Positions 60,878-64,000 of a stretch of 64,000 bases of DNA are shown in pieces. Location of the stretch: positions 2,528,001 through 2,592,000 of the forward strand of contig OY762825.2 in NCBI GenBank assembly GCA_963666425.2, read 5' to 3'. A program made the position numbers and the translations under genes. The stretch comes from Bacillota bacterium. Lineage in GTDB: Bacteria; Bacillota; JAAYKD01. Below the pieces are notes generated by a model. The model saw nothing but the letters and a program-made list of their open reading frames with translations, was not told the DNA's origin and searched no databases. Numbering within the stretch: the first letter of the stretch is position 1; every line of letters starts with the position of its first letter.

Positions 60878-61327
60878 TCAGTCTTTTATTTTAACAATCA
60901 TTTCGATTTCAACGGCAATGCCCTCCGGTAATTCAGAAACCCCAATGGCTGAGCGAGCATGTTGTCCGGCTTCGCCAAATAAGTCAAGCAAAAGCTGTGA
61001 AGCGCCGTTGAGAACTTTCGGCTGATCGGAAAAGCCATCAGCCGATCGAATAAAACCGAGTAATTTCCAAATTTCTTCAATACGGTCCAAATCCCCGATT
61101 AAAGATTGGATGGCTGCCAGGCAATTGATCACAGCTTCCCTGGCTGCTGCTTGACCAATTGCAATGCTGAAGTCACTGCCGACCCGACCGACATAACTGC
61201 GGGAGCCGCAACCGCTGGTATAGATCAGATTACCGACCTGTTTGGCTGGGCGGTAGATCCCCAGAGGAGCAACAGGCGGCGGCAGGACGATACCCAATGT
61301 TTTTAGACGGCTTTCGATGCTTGACAT
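60878..61327 (-). CDS. RidA/YjgF (Rid) family protein
   Basis: LP....P.G.Y.P, YTSG, QPKVLNGAS, HARSAIGV.ELP..IAVEIE. Confidence 0.9.
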   Translation of the reverse strand: MSSIESRLKTLGIVLPPPVAPLGIYRPAKQVGNLIYTSGCGSRSYVGRVGSDFSIAIGQAAAREAVINCLAAIQSLIGDLDRIEEIWKLLGFIRSADGFSDQPKVLNGASQLLLDLFGEAGQHARSAIGVSELPEGIAVEIEMIVKIKD

Positions 61328-61686
61328 GTTCCTCATCCTTTTCATTTTTACTTAATTTCTGCATCGTAAAATGGTTGTCCTGCCTTTTTTTGAAAAACAT
61401 TATAAAAAATGTCATTTTTGTTTTTAATACGAAGTTTTTTAGACCATTTACCGAACAGACAACTTGGTTTATGCTCGAGCTATTAAGGCGTATTCAGAAG
61501 AAGCATCTGTCTCGCAAGGCCAATGCCGGATGCGCAGCTGTCGGATTCCGTTCTGTGACCCTTCTGAGAAGGAGTCTGATCCTTCGAGAGTGAAAACATT
61601 AGAAAGCTATGTTTGAATTTCGCTTTGAGCAGCGGTTTGTGACCGGACAAGAGTAACCGGTCAGCAGAAAGAAGGTTCTTTGATCT

Positions 61687-63081
61687 ATGGAAGATGCTCG
61701 TACGGCTCGCCTAACGGAGATGGAAGCCATCACAACCAAAGAAATGCGCAGCAAGATTTTCGATATGGCGTGGCCGGCCACAGTAGAAGCCGTTTTACAA
61801 ATGATGATTGGTATGGTCACCTCCGCGATGATCGGTCAGGTCAGTACCGTTGCCATCGGAGCCGTTGGTTTAGGCAAACGCATCACCCAATTGGTTTGGG
61901 CGTTGTTTGCCGCTATCGGCACCGGCTCCACCGTCATGGTAGCCCGCTCGATCGGTGCGGGCAATCAGAAGGCAGCCAATCGTTTTGCGGAACAGGCGAT
62001 TACCTTAACCTTAAGTATTATTTTAATCCTAACCCTGGTGCTTGTGCTGTTTCCCGGCCGCTTGATCTCGCTTCTTTATGGGTCCACCGGCGAATTATTG
62101 GAAAACGCCACTCTGTATTTAAAAATTACGGCACTGGGTGTGCCGTTTATGTCGATTACCCAGGTGGTAGGCGCACTGATGCGCGGTGCGGGGAATACAA
62201 GGGTACCGATGGTGGTTGCTTCCACCATGAATGTCATCAATGCAGGTTTAGGTTATCTCTTGATTTTTGGTAAATTCGGTCTGCCCGCCATGGGGTTGAG
62301 AGGGGCAGCCTGGGCGATGGTGATTGCACAGGTGATCGGCGGTTTTATGGCGCTTTATATTCTGTATTTTCGTCAGAGCAGTCTGTCACTGCGCTTTACC
62401 GGTTTGCATTTTGTCTGGAAGGATACCAAACAGATCCTGAATATCGGTGTACCAGCTGCGACTGAAAACTTGTTTTTGCAATTTGGCGGGATTATGCTGA
62501 CCTCCCTGGTAGCCTCTTTTGGTATGGTTTCGTTGGCGGCGCATCAGCAGGGTATGACGGCGGAATCACTGTCGTATATGCCCTCTACCGGATTTTCCAT
62601 TGCGGCTACGGCATTCGTCAGCATGTCGGTTGGCGCCGGTTCGATCCCTTTGGCGCAGCGTTATATGAAAGAGCTGATCAAATTAGATCTTGCGCTGACG
62701 GCTTTTACGGCTTCCATCCTCTTGTTCTTTCCCAAAGTGGTCTTCACGTTACTGAGCAATGATCCGGCGGTGGTGAACCTGGGTGCGAAATACTTAATTT
62801 TAATGGGAATCTGCCAAATACCACAGCAGATGACCGGGTTGCTGAACGGAGCGTTAAGAGGGGCGGGAGACACCAAAGCAACTATGGTGATCAGTTCCGT
62901 CGGTTATTGGCTGGTTCGTTTGCCGCTGTCTTATTTATTATCCCGTTATTTCAATCTAGGTATCATGGGTGTCTGGTATGCCATGACCATTGATATTTTC
63001 GTCCGGTTTGCCATGAGCTTTACGCGTTATCAAATTATGGGAACCTGGAAAAAGAAAGCTCTGCAGGATACGATTAACTAA
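61687..63081 (+). CDS. MATE family efflux transporter
   Basis: About 12 TMs; MAWP, MRGAGNTR.PM, LIFG.FGLP.MG..GAA, LRGAGDT. Confidence 0.93.
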   Translation: MEDARTARLTEMEAITTKEMRSKIFDMAWPATVEAVLQMMIGMVTSAMIGQVSTVAIGAVGLGKRITQLVWALFAAIGTGSTVMVARSIGAGNQKAANRFAEQAITLTLSIILILTLVLVLFPGRLISLLYGSTGELLENATLYLKITALGVPFMSITQVVGALMRGAGNTRVPMVVASTMNVINAGLGYLLIFGKFGLPAMGLRGAAWAMVIAQVIGGFMALYILYFRQSSLSLRFTGLHFVWKDTKQILNIGVPAATENLFLQFGGIMLTSLVASFGMVSLAAHQQGMTAESLSYMPSTGFSIAATAFVSMSVGAGSIPLAQRYMKELIKLDLALTAFTASILLFFPKVVFTLLSNDPAVVNLGAKYLILMGICQIPQQMTGLLNGALRGAGDTKATMVISSVGYWLVRLPLSYLLSRYFNLGIMGVWYAMTIDIFVRFAMSFTRYQIMGTWKKKALQDTIN

Positions 63082-63084
63082 AGA

Positions 63085-63135
63085 AAAACCTTTGCGGCAG
63101 CATAGCAAGGTATGCAAACCGCAAAGGCTTTTTTA
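63085..63135. terminator. Bidirectional terminator between MATE and the helicase
   Basis: AAAAACCTTTGCGG...CCGCAAAGGCTTTTTT. Confidence 0.65.
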
Positions 63136-64000
63136 TACTTGATAGAGTGAAGATGGCAAATCGCGCAAACAATCAGCAATGCTGCCGCTGTAATAAACAG
63201 CAAGACGATGCAAAGGGCGAGTTAGCGCAACGTAAAGCAGATGTCGATCCGCTTTGCTGTTGCTGTAGATGGTATTTTCGGCGTCTGCCACAAAGCAGGC
63301 GTCAAATTCCAGGCCTTTGGCCAGGAACACCGGCAAGACCACGATTTTACTTTGATATTGATCGGTCTCCTCGGTGATGAGTTCCACTTCCCCGGGCAAA
63401 AGAGCCTGCAGGGCATGGTATAATTTCTGGCAGTTTTGGCTGCCTTTGCATAAGACAGCAAAGGTATTCAGATCGGCATGCTGCTGCCAGATTTTGATTT
63501 GCGTCATGACCGCCGCCGCTTTTTGCTGCCAGGCTTTATTGCCGGCCGCAAAGCCGTGCAGAACCGGTAAATCACCGGTCTGACGCACCGCTTCCGCAGC
63601 GGTTGTGTTTTCCTGCAGAAGCAGGGTATTCGCTAAGTCGATGATTTCTGCCGAACTGCGGTAACTGCGTTTCATTTCACGGTAAACGATCTGCTTATCA
63701 TGGATGATATCATCCATCAGACTGCTCCAATCGGTCAGACCGCGCTGCGGATAGATTCCTTGCGCTAAGTCGCCGACGATGGTCATGGAAGTGGTATCTC
63801 CCAATAAACGGCGGATCATAAAAAACTCCGCCAGGTTTAAATCCTGCGCTTCATCGATGACAACATGGATATACTGGTCTTTTAAGCCGTATAAATGTTC
63901 TTTCAAACGCAATAAAAGAGCGAGATCTTCCTGATCCAGATGGCTGACCGTGCGATTATGATGGTACACCATGGCATTACGCAGTTCTGCTGACAATTCC
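63133..64000 (-). CDS. HelD/UvrD-family SF1 helicase, C-terminal part
   Basis: VIDEAQD, VGDLAQ, SYRSS.EI, KGLEFD, LYVALTR; open at the right edge. Confidence 0.85.
   Translation of the reverse strand, partial: ELSAELRNAMVYHHNRTVSHLDQEDLALLLRLKEHLYGLKDQYIHVVIDEAQDLNLAEFFMIRRLLGDTTSMTIVGDLAQGIYPQRGLTDWSSLMDDIIHDKQIVYREMKRSYRSSAEIIDLANTLLLQENTTAAEAVRQTGDLPVLHGFAAGNKAWQQKAAAVMTQIKIWQQHADLNTFAVLCKGSQNCQKLYHALQALLPGEVELITEETDQYQSKIVVLPVFLAKGLEFDACFVADAENTIYSNSKADRHLLYVALTRPLHRLAVYYSGSIADCLRDLPSSLYQV

Overview
A 64 kb chromosomal segment from an anaerobic Bacillota (Firmicutes)-like bacterium, judged from sigma-A promoters, GGAGG ribosome-binding sites and gene content. From left to right: a partial gamma-glutamyltransferase-like gene; fRMsr; the nickel-pincer cofactor genes larE-larB-larC behind a structured leader that ends in a terminator; an electron-bifurcating lactate dehydrogenase/Etf module (LctBCD-like); an MTA/SAH deaminase; tldD/E; a CarD-like regulator; a GTAG-type REP-like tandem array; a divergent tgt - ArmA/Rmt-family 16S rRNA (m7G1405) methyltransferase - rsmI cluster directly abutting an IS1182-family element; two ABC exporter halves; kdpFABCDE; a divergent glnS; a CUT1 ABC importer with a DHH phosphodiesterase; mtnA plus a class II aldolase; a folate/C1 region (folD, fhs, fchA) with peptidases; a small AT-rich redox islet; Rieske, ferredoxin and ferritin-like genes; an M14 peptidase; RidA; MATE; and a partial HelD-like helicase. 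The strongest candidate for an undescribed system is the tgt-like/rmt/rsmI cassette: an aminoglycoside-resistance-type methyltransferase coupled to a TGT with a remodelled base pocket, next to an IS. The second is a riboswitch-like leader upstream of larE. All calls come from reading motifs by eye; no database searches were run.
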